Source of the DNA: a virus
Lineage: Duplodnaviria > Caudoviricetes
Length of the DNA stretch: 64,000 bases
Virus record (IMG/VR): IMGVR_UViG_3300017700_000931
Coordinates: 298,533-362,532 of that record
Direction: 5' to 3' (one strand)
Below the pieces are notes generated by a model. The model did not search any database and was not told the DNA's origin. It saw only the letters and a program-made list of their open reading frames with translations. This document shows positions 63,205 to 64,000 of the stretch, piece after piece; the stretch's first letter is position 1, and each line of letters begins with the position of its first letter. A program made the translations under genes and the position numbers.

Positions 63205-63771
63205 TTAATCTGCCAAAAATATGTCGAGTTTTTTCATAACCTCAACATAAATGTAATCTACTGTTGACTCCTGAGCTGGCAAATGTCTTACCCGAATTCC
63301 TAAATCAGACAACAAAGCTCTAACATCTTTATCTTTTTGTTTTGCTTCTTCCTCAGTTTGCTCACGTCCATTTGGGTCGTATGGTCTTTCACCCCTTTTT
63401 ATCATGATGTTCAAATTAACAACGTCGTCTCTATTGAATTCATCTACTGCTAATTCTTTTAGTTTTGGTGATACTAGGGTCCAATCACAATATAATAAAC
63501 CCATAATTGCTGGACTATCTGTTATAATCACATCAACCTTATCTTTTAAATGAAATAATTTATCGTGTTGTTTACCAAAAACACCAATTTGATTTTTTAA
63601 TGAACCATAGTCTTCACGCCAAACCAAATCCTTTGCATGCTCCGAGGCATACTCACAATTAATACCATTTAACTTGAGCTTATATGTTACACCAAGAGCT
63701 TGTGTGGACTTACCTGAGCCCGGACCTCCAAATATATTAACTACTATTGTTTTTTTACCATTTTCTTTCAT
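63205..63771 (-). CDS. P-loop NTPase/kinase (AAA_28, NadR-kinase-like)
   Basis: GGPGSGKST, E.A, ITDSP, R.Q..EEA..D. Confidence 0.7.
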   Translation of the reverse strand: MKENGKKTIVVNIFGGPGSGKSTQALGVTYKLKLNGINCEYASEHAKDLVWREDYGSLKNQIGVFGKQHDKLFHLKDKVDVIITDSPAIMGLLYCDWTLVSPKLKELAVDEFNRDDVVNLNIMIKRGERPYDPNGREQTEEEAKQKDKDVRALLSDLGIRVRHLPAQESTVDYIYVEVMKKLDIFLAD

Positions 63772-63965
63772 AATCTGTCTACATGTTTTAATAAATCATC
63801 AGTGGTATCGAATCGAATTACTTCACCATTTGAATATTTTATATACGCTTTTTGGAAATCATCAATTCCATGACCACAGCAAGCATATTCTACTTCAGGT
63901 AAATTAGCAATACATGGGTCATGACCTTCCTCGGTAGCTGTTAAGCCACATCTAGGACACACCAA
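63768..63965 (-). CDS. Small Cys-rich phage protein
   Basis: CPRCG..GHDPC..ACCGHG. Confidence 0.65.
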   Translation of the reverse strand: MVCPRCGLTATEEGHDPCIANLPEVEYACCGHGIDDFQKAYIKYSNGEVIRFDTTDDLLKHVDRL

Positions 63966-64000
63966 TTGTTGATGAATTTCACTTGTATATTCTTCACCAT

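Noticed and set aside
1-64000. Stop-codon reassignment (code 15 or 4), as seen in some Bacteroidota phages
   Set aside because: Long known genes are intact in code 11; TAG and TGA end genes that abut or overlap the next ATG (e.g. TAG at 29912-29914, ATGA overlaps)
1-64000. CRISPR array
   Set aside because: No regularly spaced direct repeats; the recurring ~60-bp units are kb apart and are promoters

Overview
Dense, AT-rich, standard-code segment of a large (jumbo-type) bacteriophage genome that most likely infects Bacteroidota. Evidence for the host: about 20 Bacteroidota-type promoters (TTTG/TTG-N19-20-TAnnTTTG), a Bacteroidota-like primary sigma factor and an ECF sigma. No structural or core replication genes were recognised, so this appears to be an early/accessory host-takeover region. 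Genes run on + from 337 to 21731 and on - from 21764 to the end, meeting at a hairpin terminator. Recognisable functions: SufC, ParB-like, HNH, two sigma factors, SmpB, RNase R, Trbp111-like tRNA-binding protein, RlmN-like radical SAM, IF3, Thg1, YqeY, Prs, NAMPT-like, NadM-Nudix, dCMP deaminase, five HAD proteins, phosphoesterases and AAA ATPases. Best leads: (1) a novel protein carrying only the SufB/SufD C-terminal SufC-docking motif, overlapping a sufC gene; (2) a 58-nt tRNA-like element with acceptor, D and T arms but no anticodon arm; (3) a soluble ClpB-D2-like AAA+ ATPase fused to an FtsH-type M41 protease; (4) a possible closed-loop NAD+ regeneration set; (5) repeated promoter-leader cassettes with a palindromic -33 region, plus several apparently leaderless genes. 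All family assignments come from motif recognition by eye; no database search was run.
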